DNA from: Dimargaris cristalligena
Taxonomy: Eukaryota
Length of the DNA stretch: 44,271 nucleotides
Direction: 5' to 3'
Assembly: GCA_003614675.1 (NCBI GenBank)
Contig: ML002310.1
Span: 1 to 44,271 of the forward strand
Positions 1-10,797 of this stretch are shown here, in pieces. A program made the translations under genes and the position numbers. The number at the start of each line of letters is the position of its first letter. Position 1 is the first letter of the stretch. The notes under the pieces were generated by a model that was given only the letters and a program-made list of their open reading frames with translations, was not told the DNA's origin and searched no databases.

Positions 1-769
1 GATCACCTACGAGTGATTAGTGCGAACTCCGGGAGGCCCGGCCGGTAAGGGGATATCAATGATGCTCGGCCTTATTAGGGCCGGGGGTACAATATGGCGC
101 TATACGGCCTGATATGACGGCGGTCATATTGGTTGGATTAGGACGGATTAGGAGGGGTGACAGGCAGTGTGAATAATTGAAAAAGCCAGGCTAGTCCTGG
201 GCCTTTTGCTGTTGATTTTGAATTTTCTATTTAATTTAACGTATCCCCCCTTAAACCCCCATAATTGGGGACAAAGTGCATTGCTGTTCTACCTATTGTT
301 AAATTGTTACCATCTAAGTATTTCGGCATACTCTGGAGGGGCATTTGCTCAGTAGGCGGATTTACTTAAGTGGTGCTACCCTTCTTAGAGCCCCCACCTT
401 AGCTTCGAGTACTGGCCTAGCGGAATCATTACATATACTGCATATAGGATATCAACTAGTAGTGGGAGTTTGTTGGGGCTCTATAAAGGGGTTAGCATCA
501 AATCAGACCAGCATTGGGAATCTCAGGGTATACAAATGCAAAGGGTCAGTGTGCATTGTAGCTGGCAAAAAGAGTGTCCGGGGAAATCATAATTAAAAAT
601 CAGGGAAGGAGAATATCCCAATGTATTAAAGAACACCGCGGTAATGGTATGATAGATGCTAGGAAGCTAGTCCGGCCATCTCACCGGTGAACAATTCCGC
701 AGAGATAAAGAACTGGGCCAATTTTCGGAACAGTTTCAAATCCTCGAAGATGGTAGGCAAGTAAGAGTT

Positions 770-1581
770 TTATTCGGAATCGCTGCTAACGGGTGCTTTG
801 ATCGTCTCTTCAAGAGGCACTAAACATTCATATGGCTCTAAATCACCACTCTCCTCCAGCACATGTCGCTTGACCAGATGCGGCAGTATCGTATCGCATA
901 CCCGATTTTCACGGATTAGCTGATCAATAAACTCATCCACGTGGGTTACAAAATACTCCCCATCCATGGATCTTTCACGCAGTTTGCGGTAATCGGCGTA
1001 CAGGGGTTCCAACTCCCGGTAAATATCGGCCGCCTTTCCGGTTAATCGAAGGTAAAAAGCGCCCAAGGCCCGGAGGTACTTGAAATCTGGATCGCGGATG
1101 AACTCGAGGACGATGTCGTAGTCTGGTTGCAACTGGAGAAGTTTAAGGGTGAGGCAGAGAAACTCCGTGGGCTTTTGGTTGCCGTAGGTGCCGCCGACAC
1201 AGGTGAGGTCAACGGCCTTGTCAATGAGGGTTTCGACTAAGGGTAGGGGCCACGGGTTGGTCACCAAGTGTAAGTAAAAATCCGGAATAGTGAGGAGGGT
1301 AGCGAGTTGGTGGGATGTTCATATAGTCGATAATTAGATGTGTCTAGGTTAGGTGAATATGTTGTGTTATTAACTAGGTGTATTGGTGAGTTTCGAGAAT
1401 CAGTTCGGAAGTATGGGCTATTCTAAATGCATGAGGGGGGGGGTCGCTTACCTGTTAGAGCGAAGCATTCCTCCTTCCAGTAGAGGGAATCGTAAATGCG
1501 CCCACGGGTGATCCGTTCAATGAGATACTGGGGATTGGTGCCGTGGACTGTCCGGGCCTCCTGCGCCGTGCGATTCGCCAT
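770..1581 (-). CDS. PRP38: Pre-mRNA splicing factor Prp38 (PRPF38A-like), 2 exons: 1581-1452 and 1236-770, 198 aa
   Basis: Exon 1 reads MANRTAQEARTVHGTNPQYLIERITRGRIYDSLYWKEECFALT. A GTAAGC..TTAG intron (1451-1237, phase 1) joins it in frame to VETLIDKAV...GGTYGNQKPTEFLCLTLKLLQLQP...FKYLRALGAFYLRL...LEPLYADYRKLR...HVDEFIDQL. These are the recognisable Prp38 N-terminal domain motifs. Confidence 0.96.
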
Positions 1582-1738
1582 GTGGGAAGATTCGTATACA
1601 GCTTCGAGTCAATAAAGGGACACGACAAGTCTCCTTTCGTAGATTTAGTAAGAAATAGTAACAGCGATAATTTACAGTTAAAATACAAAAGTAAGGAGCA
1701 CCCTAACACGAATGAACAGAAATAGGATTCAGATGCAA

Positions 1739-1764
1739 GTTGGTAGTTGGTAGTTGGTAGTTAG
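1739..1764 (+). repeat. Short tandem repeat (GTTGGTA)x3
   Basis: gttggtagttggtagttggtagtta, just upstream of the PRP38 start. Confidence 0.7.
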
Positions 1765-1870
1765 GAAGGGTGTTTTCGCGGTGTCTTTCAAAAGCATAGC
1801 CGACCAACACCTAATAACCCATTAGCTACAGCACTTAGTTAGGACGAAGTGACAATACACATATAAATGA

Positions 1871-3065
1871 ATGGCCCATTCACCCGTTTATAGGCCATAT
1901 TTTTACTCCGCCTTCTTTACCTGGGGTATTTTAGAACTTTATACTGACGACCCGCAGTCCAGTGGCTATCCCCTGCCATTTTATTACCAGTACCCTGAAA
2001 TCAACCATTACTATATAGTTCTCTGGGCTGTATTTCTACAAACCTATAGTATTATAGATAGGTTCTCTAAAGCCTATGCCTGATGAATTTCGCCACACCT
2101 ACACCCTTCTGCGCGTTTCACTCTTCCGAATAATTCGACTATGGGCAAATTTAACTTGGTAGTTAGTGACCTTGAAGTACTTCAAAAGTACTTAAAACAT
2201 AAGTCGTGGAAGGTGGCCATTGGGTAAGTCGATACGCGGTCGCATTTAAATCCTTGGCCCATACCTATCATTTCTTTTTTGAAATGACCCTGGGCAAGAA
2301 ATAATACTACACATAGCCTTGCCTCGCCAATGTCCCCATGGAATAATTGAGCTGCGATTAAATTGTTATCAATCCAAGAGAGTCGCCAGATACAACGGAT
2401 TTGGGTGGAAACCATGTAGCCCAGTTATTGTGAAATAAATCACTATGGCTATAACTCTAACTTCTGGTATGCCAGCCAGGTGACTAGGCCAGATTAGAAA
2501 GCCCCAATGCTGGTCTGGTGTAATTGGTATTTTTAGATTTACCTACAACCCTGTAAAAAGTCTTATACGGTGAAAAAGTGTGACACTCCACTGCACTGGC
2601 CCAAGCTGAGCACTTACTGGTGAACCCGTACCACTAAAACTATGGCATTGCCCAGTCATAGGTGTATGTCCGGCAAAGCGAGCTTTAATCTAGATCTATA
2701 CGCCGAAAAGACGAAAGATATCTACAACAGCGGAAGCTGGAAATTTCACTCAAACACAATTGTTTACACTGATGCTACAAAACTAGCAATAGGGCCAACT
2801 TTATTCCACATCGATGGCTGTCTGGGGATGCAGCTCATTTTCGTATATTTTACTGCTCTCATATGGACTGCATTGCAGGTATGGGTCATGAAGAATCCGG
2901 GTCTATATGTCCTATTGAGAGTAGCCTATACTCCCCCCGATTATAGATGTCCCCGTCGCATGCTGTGGGCGTTTACTCATCAGCAATGTTAATAGAATTT
3001 TGTTGAACCTATATCCACATCCACATACCTCCTCTCTAACCGACTCTTGATAACTATCGAGGTAA
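1871..3065 (+). mobile_element. Possible highly decayed retroelement RT-RNase H relic (DIRS-like or hepadnavirus-like)
   Basis: Collinear degenerate motifs, mostly in frame +2 and interrupted by stops: SARFTLPNNSTMGKFNLVVSDLEVLQKYL (2108-2194), EINHYGY (about 2432-2452) and IVYTDATKLAIG (about 2759-2794). GVIGIFRFTY (about 2517-2546) is in frame +3. No intact YxDD in the expected position. Judged by eye only. Confidence 0.3.
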
Positions 3066-6000
3066 GTTTCCATGTTCCCGTTGCCCGAACCAATAATGAC
3101 TATGTACATCATTCGGCCGTACCACCAATAGACTGACCTTCATGCGTTTGGCGACTTTGGAAGCATAGGCAGTTTGACGAGGCTGGGGAGTACGACGAAG
3201 GCTACCTATATAATCCCCGATGATCGGAATAATGGGTGATCGGCTGATCCATCGTCTTTCTGTTCCTTTCTATACCAACCTAAGCTACACAGTGCGCTTG
3301 AATTATGTCCACCTTTTACATTTCCACCCCTGCCCTTGCCTTTGGCCTTACCTCTACCCCACCCCCCTCCGTAATCGCCACACTGGAATTGGCGCCACCT
3401 CTATAATCCTTGACAAGCGCTTTCCCAGAAGCGCATCCATGAATTCTACTCGGCCTGGGTGCAATTAGGGAATCGCCATAGGGTCAATTATAGATGGTGA
3501 GAAAAAAAACGCCTACACCTACATGTTTAGCCTACTTTGAAGAGGAAGGACACGCTGGGGCATCTAAATCCGGCAAGCCGCTATTCACTCGACAGCACCA
3601 TATGAAGTCTACTGACCCACACCAATAGACATCCAAGAAATCGGCGTCACGGCATAAATTCGGCTTAATATATTGGACTTCTTGTTCACCAATTTTATTT
3701 TCTACCCTGACTTAAAGCCAGAATTGGGTGGTTCTTGATGTGTTACATTATCCCCAACCTAAACCAGATTAAGTGCATAAATGGTGGTGTAGTGGGGTTT
3801 GGTGTTGTCGACAGACCATGCTTGGGATAATGCATGAACCTATATATTTGAGAGAAGAACCGAAATGTAACTACTCTTCAAAGCCCCCGTTCATACAAAA
3901 ACCTCTTTATTTCCCCTGTAAAACAACCAAAATTCGATAATCAGCTGACCCATGTCCTATGCTGTGTCGCTCACGGCTCTCATGGTTGTTTTGCAGTCAC
4001 GAGCAGTAGTAACACGACATTATGGACCATACTCCTCTTCTCATCTATATATTTAGCCTGTCCCACCATGTCCACTCTCTTACACAATAAAGTAACGCCC
4101 TTAATTTTTACTGTTAGGGTGAACAGTATGAGTATTGCAATATATGAAAAACATAGTAAAAGAGACAAGTGGTGGAAAATAGGCGAATAAAAGGGTTCTG
4201 TTGGCCGGACGTACTTGGACAAACGCCCTGAAGATGCTGATCTTTGGGCCATATAATGGGCATGTCTTTAACCCTTTATGTCCGCAAATAGGCAGTCATC
4301 ACGGACAACAATGGCTGACCCTTACTCGTATATTGGCCACTGCGTTGAACGTACATTCGCACCCTAGCCTTTCGTGGCTACGATGAGTAGGGGAGGAGGC
4401 GGAAGACGGTGCCACCATAGCCTAACCACAAGGTATTATCATATATCAGGGACCGCGTGCTCCCCCTCTCCCAATCTTCTACACAGTACATAGAGCCAGG
4501 GGTTTCAAGCAGTTAATTCGTCGAATCCAAAATTCGCCGACATTCACGTGGCTCTACAGTCATAATATTGGCCATGCCTACTACCATATTTTAGGTGGGT
4601 ACTAAACTGAAATGGGGGATGGCCCCTCCGGGGGCTTTCCCTCCTGGGGTTGACATGGATTCATAAATGGTGGGGTTTTCAGGGGAACGCTTTATTGCAC
4701 CGATTGCTATAGAACTGGAAACCATCGCATGTTTCTATTTGTGGACCGGGGCGTTAAATGGAGGAAGGGCTTGGTCAGAGAAATATACAGTACCATCCAT
4801 GACCACTTTAGCAGATGGATGAATTAGATAAAGCGCAATGAATTATCCAGTCTCCAGTGCTGGTATACTAGCCTAAAGTGAAACACTTGCAGAGACGGTA
4901 CGAATACGCCCATCAAGTTTGACCGCTGTCTCCGTGAACTAAGTACTATAAACCTAATCACTCTAGCCAACGGCTGTTCGAAGCGGGACAAAATAAAGGA
5001 ACCCTTGTTAATTGACCACTCATCATAGAAATAGCCATACAAACGCTAGTAGCAAAATATGCCAATATTACCGGCCCACAAGCACAAGCTGCCCAATCGG
5101 GTTATTAGTAGCTCGACATTGGTGAACCACTATCGAAGTCGAACAGACCTCACTGGTGAGCCCACTACCGCCTACCCTCTACCATTGAATAGGCGTTTTA
5201 AATCATAAGGGTATATACTATGCTCACCGGCGAGACCAATCATGTTCCGTGTACAGATGGTAGAATTCAGCTCCGACAACAGAGGTCTACCTACTTTAGC
5301 CCTTGCATAGCTGCAGGGTTTGGGGTTTTTGATCTACCTCTCATTTTAACCATTTCATTAGTCCTATTTATATATTCCCTTTATACTCATTCCTCTCTTC
5401 TTATCGTCTTTCCCTTCAACTTCCCTGCCCCGCCTTATACATTGTAACTATTCCCCCACTTCACTCTCTCGCCTTTTTCACCCCCTTCCCCCTTGCTATT
5501 CCCAATGATAATGCGCCTGTTCAACTCCTTCCCTTTTCTATGTTCTACTTCACTGTTCATAATTCGTTTGTATCGCTAGCTTTTAAGGATTGACACAGGG
5601 CGGAGTAGTCTGGGACCCCTTTATCGGCCGGCTGATCTACAGTCAATAATGCTACCTAGAGAAGATGCCCTTCTATTGTGAAGAAGACCTAAAGGAATTA
5701 TGTAGCTCTCCCATTTCTTTGACGACTCTTGCTGTAGAGCGGCCTATACTCCCTACGAGGGGTACTTTTCTCCTCTGGGTGTTTTCGTCCACTAACTTCC
5801 CCGAAAGTGACGAAATGTCCCATGCCCCTCTCCGCCTGTTCCGACTTCCGATGTTGGGCCAGTGCGCATGCTCCTGAACATCATTTGAACTCCGATATAC
5901 GTATGGGCTCCACTGCGTGGGCCAGAGTTAAGCGCCTGGATGAGGACCCTGTCAATTACTTTACCAACCCGTATAGACTATCCGATTCTACCCTATGGCA

Positions 6001-7539
6001 CTCGTCTTAGGAAACTATATACGGTCGTATCTTTGATACGGTTTACTTTTGAGTGGGTTGGTTTCATGGTCGCTGGCTAGGGAGAATGCCGAACTAAGAT
6101 AAAAAAACAAAAGCTATTAGCTGCTACACCTCTTTGCATACTGTTGCTTTCCCTAAAAATGGGCGTAGGCGAGAGGAAGACAACGGAGCCTTCCCTTGAT
6201 GATGGCCACATTAAATTAAATGAATGTGTTATTCGCATAGTGGGTATACCCAATAAACAATGGGCGAATATTTGATGACATAATAGCTGCTTCTCTCCCC
6301 CTCCCTATAGGCGTTCTTGCCCATGCATGCAGAGACTGCAATAGGCCAATGATCTATGCGAGGCCAAGGCAAGCACTATAGGACTAAATGGGGCGGAGAT
6401 GACACTTGTTATAGAGACCGATTTAGTAGTATATAATACCCATAAGCCAGGGCATACTGTGGAGAAGGGGGGTTTGGTCATCCATTAAAAAATACGAAAG
6501 GGAGCACACGTGAAGATAAATCCCGTCGGTAGTCGAACGGAAAATAGAGAGAGCGGCCCATCCTCTGCAATCGTTGAAAACGACCCTGATTGTGCAGGCT
6601 GCCCGGCTGTGAACCCGTGATGATTGGGTAAGAAAGGTAAGTCTGCTCTCGCCCCCCGCCTGTAAAAACCCACCTCTATCCGTTTAATGGGGTGTGGCCA
6701 GATAAATTCCGGGGGGTGAGGGGGTGCTCAACCCACCGTCTCTCTAATTTTGAAAACCATTAATAGCTCATTTGGAGGCCGGCCCTGCCTGCTATTTCTG
6801 TTTTCATAGTACCCCCTCCGACACTGCAATGGGGTATGGAAGCAGAAAAGCGGACATCTGGCTGAATGGCTGCTATCAGTATATCTAAAAGGCCCGAGTA
6901 CTCTAAATAATACCGAGGTGCCCCAGGACTAGGTATTTTGCAACATAGGGTGCCTTGGAATACCCTGGGACCCTTCAGGACAGCTCCCCACTGTTGCGTT
7001 GTGAACCAACGGGAGATAGTTGTTGGGCGGCGAAGGGCCCCAGCACTACAGGGCCAGAAGGGAGAGGAGGCCCTGTGATAGGTCCCTTTCAATCGGTGAC
7101 TCGATCGCAGTCAGCGACCTCTTGAGCCTTCAAAGCAACCGGGGGAAGTAAGAAGAGGTGAGCGAACGCTGGGGCCAACTATCTTTTCAGTTCACTGACA
7201 CCGGTGAACACGAGGGGGTACCGGACTCGAGGCCAAAGTAATGCGGGGAAGAGAAGGGAACAGAGAGCGAGGGAGAGATAGAGTTGGGGGGCACAAATGA
7301 CGGGAAAATAAAGCGCAATTGCGGCGTTTAGACGGCTCCAAATGACAGTCAAGGCCATCGATAACCATTGGGGCATTGGGGTCTCGGGCCTTGAATTTTT
7401 CATTGAAGGAAATCGACGAGAGGGAAGTTTTCATGGTTTTCGTTGCTTTTCCCGTCTGTCTGATCGACTTCGCCCAACCGCTCGGCTCCCCGATTATCTC
7501 AATTATACAGCTTTAACCATTATAACCAGGTTGATCAAC

Positions 7540-9042
7540 ACTCTCGCCCTATTATCCCCTTCCTCTCGCTCTCTTCCCTTTGCCCTCCTCCCTCTTCTCC
7601 ACACACACACATATATATACACATACACTTACTATATATCACTCCCTTTCTCTGTCTCCGTCTCCGCCCGCTTCCCTATGCTCACCCCCTCGGCTCATTT
7701 CTTTGTAATAAAGAGTTAATTGCGAAGACCGACCAATACATTTAGGTCTGCCGTTTCATATCAGCCATTCACTATTCTGTGCCATCTATTCCTCTCGCAC
7801 GTCCATGTCCTAGTTTCTCCCCGCCTTCACCCCCCCCCCCTTGTTATACAGTCTAATACAACCGTTCTTTATTCGGTTTAATCGTCGATGGAGCTGACCA
7901 CTCTCCGCTTCATTTCCGGCCTATCCCTCGTTCCGAGGTTGTTGACTCTCTCCCTCCCTCCCTCCTTCCCTTTCGCTCCCTGTTTTATGGCTCTTATTCG
8001 TGGCCCGTTGTTGCTACGCCCGCTTCTATTCCCAAACTTTGGGAGTGTATATAAACCCTTCCGCCCGCCGTTCATCCTTGATGTACACCACAACATCACA
8101 TTCATTTGCTTCCTATATAACCTTGGCAGTCCCACTTTAACCCTGAGTTCTTCTCCTGCATTCCTTCTTTTTTTTTGTACACCTACCTAGCGCTACATTT
8201 GACTATCCGTTTTATCTCCTTACCTACCTATCCTTGTCATACGCTCACATAAACTACCATCTACATATATACACACATATATATAGGTACATAAACATAT
8301 CCCCTTCTCCAGCCCCAGCCGCATTCTGTTACACTCCCTTCTGCCTCTTGGTTCGCTCCAAACTTGTTCTACCTGTCGTTATACCGTGTCCAACACACGC
8401 GGTAGTCCCTTACGCAGACCCTGTTATACCGTATCTGTATAGCTAGGTAGTTAGATACGAGTGTACTAGCCCCACTTACCATTCACATTTTCTTTACCTC
8501 CTTTCATTTTTCTACGCTTTCCAGACCATACCGAGACTGCCTTATTTCGTACATTGTATTTGTTCCATGCTGCTTCAAACCCTAGATATTTACTTTTGAG
8601 ATTCTTTACATCCGAATTCTCTGTATTTTACTATATAGCCTCGCACCTCTCTTTCTCTCTCCCACTTTTAACCCACTCGCCCCTCGCCTGTATATCACTA
8701 TCTATCGTCCAGAAACACACATGTTCCTATAGAACCCTTCACTATTTCATTACTCGCGTTGACCATAAACCACACTATCTATCAACAGTCATAAGCATTT
8801 CACCAATCGGCCTCTTTATAGAACCCGTTTATATCATTCCATCCATCTTCACCAGATTTGCCTTGTACCAATCTAAGTGTATTTAACACCAACCACCGCT
8901 CTGCACATATTGAAAATTCCTGGCATTTAAACCTTTATCCTCTCTCTCTCTCTCTCTTTCTTTCTCTCTATCTATCACCCCCCTCACTCTCACACACACA
9001 CACTCATTTTTACTTCATTTGTCAACGTCAAAACCCCTCACC
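7540..9042 (+). promoter_or_regulatory. Long C/T-rich leader or promoter region upstream of the Ran1-like kinase, with (CT)n and (CA)n tracts
   Basis: Strong pyrimidine skew on the + strand for about 1.5 kb, a (TC)n tract at about 8941-8968 and (CA)n at about 8991-9003, ending at the kinase ATG. Similar tracts precede the other plus-strand genes. Confidence 0.5.
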
Positions 9043-10797
9043 ATGTCTACTTCCGCCGACGCTGCCACCAAAGCTACGTCCATCGACGAGAGAATCGGTA
9101 TGGTTCTTTATGATAAGGATCGTCCATTTCAAATCACCCGCACCATTGGCCAAGGGACCTACGGACCGATTTACTTGGCCCAATTACAGATGGAGCCCTT
9201 TACGAAAGTAGCTGTCAAGTGCCTCAACAAGGTTCCCAACACCAACGGACGGGGCCAACACCGGGATGTGGATTTCCACCGGCTCGAAGTGGCCATCCAA
9301 ATGTTACTCAACGGCCACCGCAATGTAGTGGCACTGGAATTCGTGATTGACTCGGAGACGTGCTTGTACTTGGGCATGGAATACTGCGCCTACGGTGACT
9401 TGTACGAAGCCATCACTACCGAAACCCCCGCCTCGCACCCCTGGCACGGTCTGACCCGCAGTCAGGGTGTCATTAAGCGGGCCTTCCTCGAAGTACTCAG
9501 TGCCGTGGCCTACTCCCACGAACGCGGGATTTTCCACCGGGACCTCAAACCCGAGAACATCTTGGTGGGTGCCGACGGACACCTGAAACTGGCCGACTTC
9601 GGGTTGGCTACCACGGATTTCTGGTCCGTCGAATTTGGGTGCGGCAGCAGTTTCTACATGAGCCCCGAAACGCAGGACAAGTACTTTGGCGCCGGTCGCA
9701 AGTGCTTCACCTACTACAATGAGAAGTCCCAGCCCGTTTATTGTACCGCTGCTTGTGATATTTGGGCCCTCGGGGTCATTTTCCTGAACTTGTGCTTCGG
9801 CCGGAATCCCTGGAAGAACGCCAACCATTATGACGCTACTTTTACCGCCTTCATTCGGAATCCCCGCGTGCTGATGGATATGTTCCCTTTGACTGACGAC
9901 GCCTTCCGGCTCCTCAAGATGATGTTCGCCCTCGACCCCGCCGAACGGTGTACCATCCACGATTTGCTTCGGGAAACCCAAAAGATTGACGAATTCATCA
10001 AGGTCAAGAGCCCCACCCCGGCGGCCTCGACTACCAAGAAGTCCCATGTGGCTCCCACTACCGCTACACCCACCCCGACCCCGGCCCCGGCGGCTAAGCC
10101 CGATGCGTGTATGGCTGAGGTCTCTGCCAAGGTCAACCAAGTCCGCGATATTCCTCCCCCTAAGCCCGCCACCGTCTACACACCCCCCGGCGGTCTTTCC
10201 CGGTCCAACACGCTCACCTCGGATCACGGGGATGATATGGACGTGGAAGGGGAATCCGATGTGCTCATCACCATGGAACACCTCGAACCCTACCCAACTG
10301 CCAACCCCGATGTGTCCGTTCCCACCGAAACCCCGGGGAACCATAACCAACGGCCATACACCCGACGCTTCCACGACTCCGGTCTCAAGGCCAACAGCTT
10401 CAGCCGTCCCTCTTCCGTCTCGGAAGCGGATATTCAGCAAACGCTTAATGAGTTTACCCTACCCCCATTCCAAGGTATGGAGGGAGGGCCCCTTGGCCAC
10501 AAGCATAAGCGAGCGGCCGCGGGAAACTCGGAACTATCTTCCACGCCGGCTCCGGATAATGGCGCTAATTCGCTGGCCAGTACTACCATCAGCATCACCA
10601 CCGGCAGTTCCCACGGCAGCGGCCACCCCGCCCATGACGCTGGAAGCAAGCACAGCCTAGCGACCATGACCGCCGCCCTTTTAAATAATCACCGGAAGCG
10701 TGGATCCGAAAGCAGCTCTTCCAAACCGGCCACGAGCCTGCACCGTCGGGCCGACGATACTTTCGTCGCCTTGCTCTCCAAATGTTTCCGTGCCTAG
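9043..10797 (+). CDS. Ser/Thr protein kinase, fungal Ran1/Pat1-Sks1/Vhs1 family, intronless, 584 aa
   Basis: Kinase motifs IGQGTYG, VAVKCL, HRDLKPEN, LADFGLAT, the family-typical activation segment FGCGSSFYMSPE, DIWALGVI and GRNPWK, followed by a disordered P/S/T-rich tail. The first in-frame ATG (accATG) is at 9043; the ORF-track start at 9019 is TTG. Confidence 0.93.
   Translation: MSTSADAATKATSIDERIGMVLYDKDRPFQITRTIGQGTYGPIYLAQLQMEPFTKVAVKCLNKVPNTNGRGQHRDVDFHRLEVAIQMLLNGHRNVVALEFVIDSETCLYLGMEYCAYGDLYEAITTETPASHPWHGLTRSQGVIKRAFLEVLSAVAYSHERGIFHRDLKPENILVGADGHLKLADFGLATTDFWSVEFGCGSSFYMSPETQDKYFGAGRKCFTYYNEKSQPVYCTAACDIWALGVIFLNLCFGRNPWKNANHYDATFTAFIRNPRVLMDMFPLTDDAFRLLKMMFALDPAERCTIHDLLRETQKIDEFIKVKSPTPAASTTKKSHVAPTTATPTPTPAPAAKPDACMAEVSAKVNQVRDIPPPKPATVYTPPGGLSRSNTLTSDHGDDMDVEGESDVLITMEHLEPYPTANPDVSVPTETPGNHNQRPYTRRFHDSGLKANSFSRPSSVSEADIQQTLNEFTLPPFQGMEGGPLGHKHKRAAAGNSELSSTPAPDNGANSLASTTISITTGSSHGSGHPAHDAGSKHSLATMTAALLNNHRKRGSESSSSKPATSLHRRADDTFVALLSKCFRA

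Noticed and set aside
1237-1267. ORF-track N-terminus MVTNPWPLPL for PRP38
   Set aside because: Intronic sequence with a TTG start; the real N-terminus is exon 1581-1452.
9304-10440. 378-aa antisense ORF (and the 224-aa alternative-frame ORF 9986-10660) over the Ran1-like kinase
   Set aside because: Expected shadow of a coding sequence with C-rich third positions; no domain-like content.
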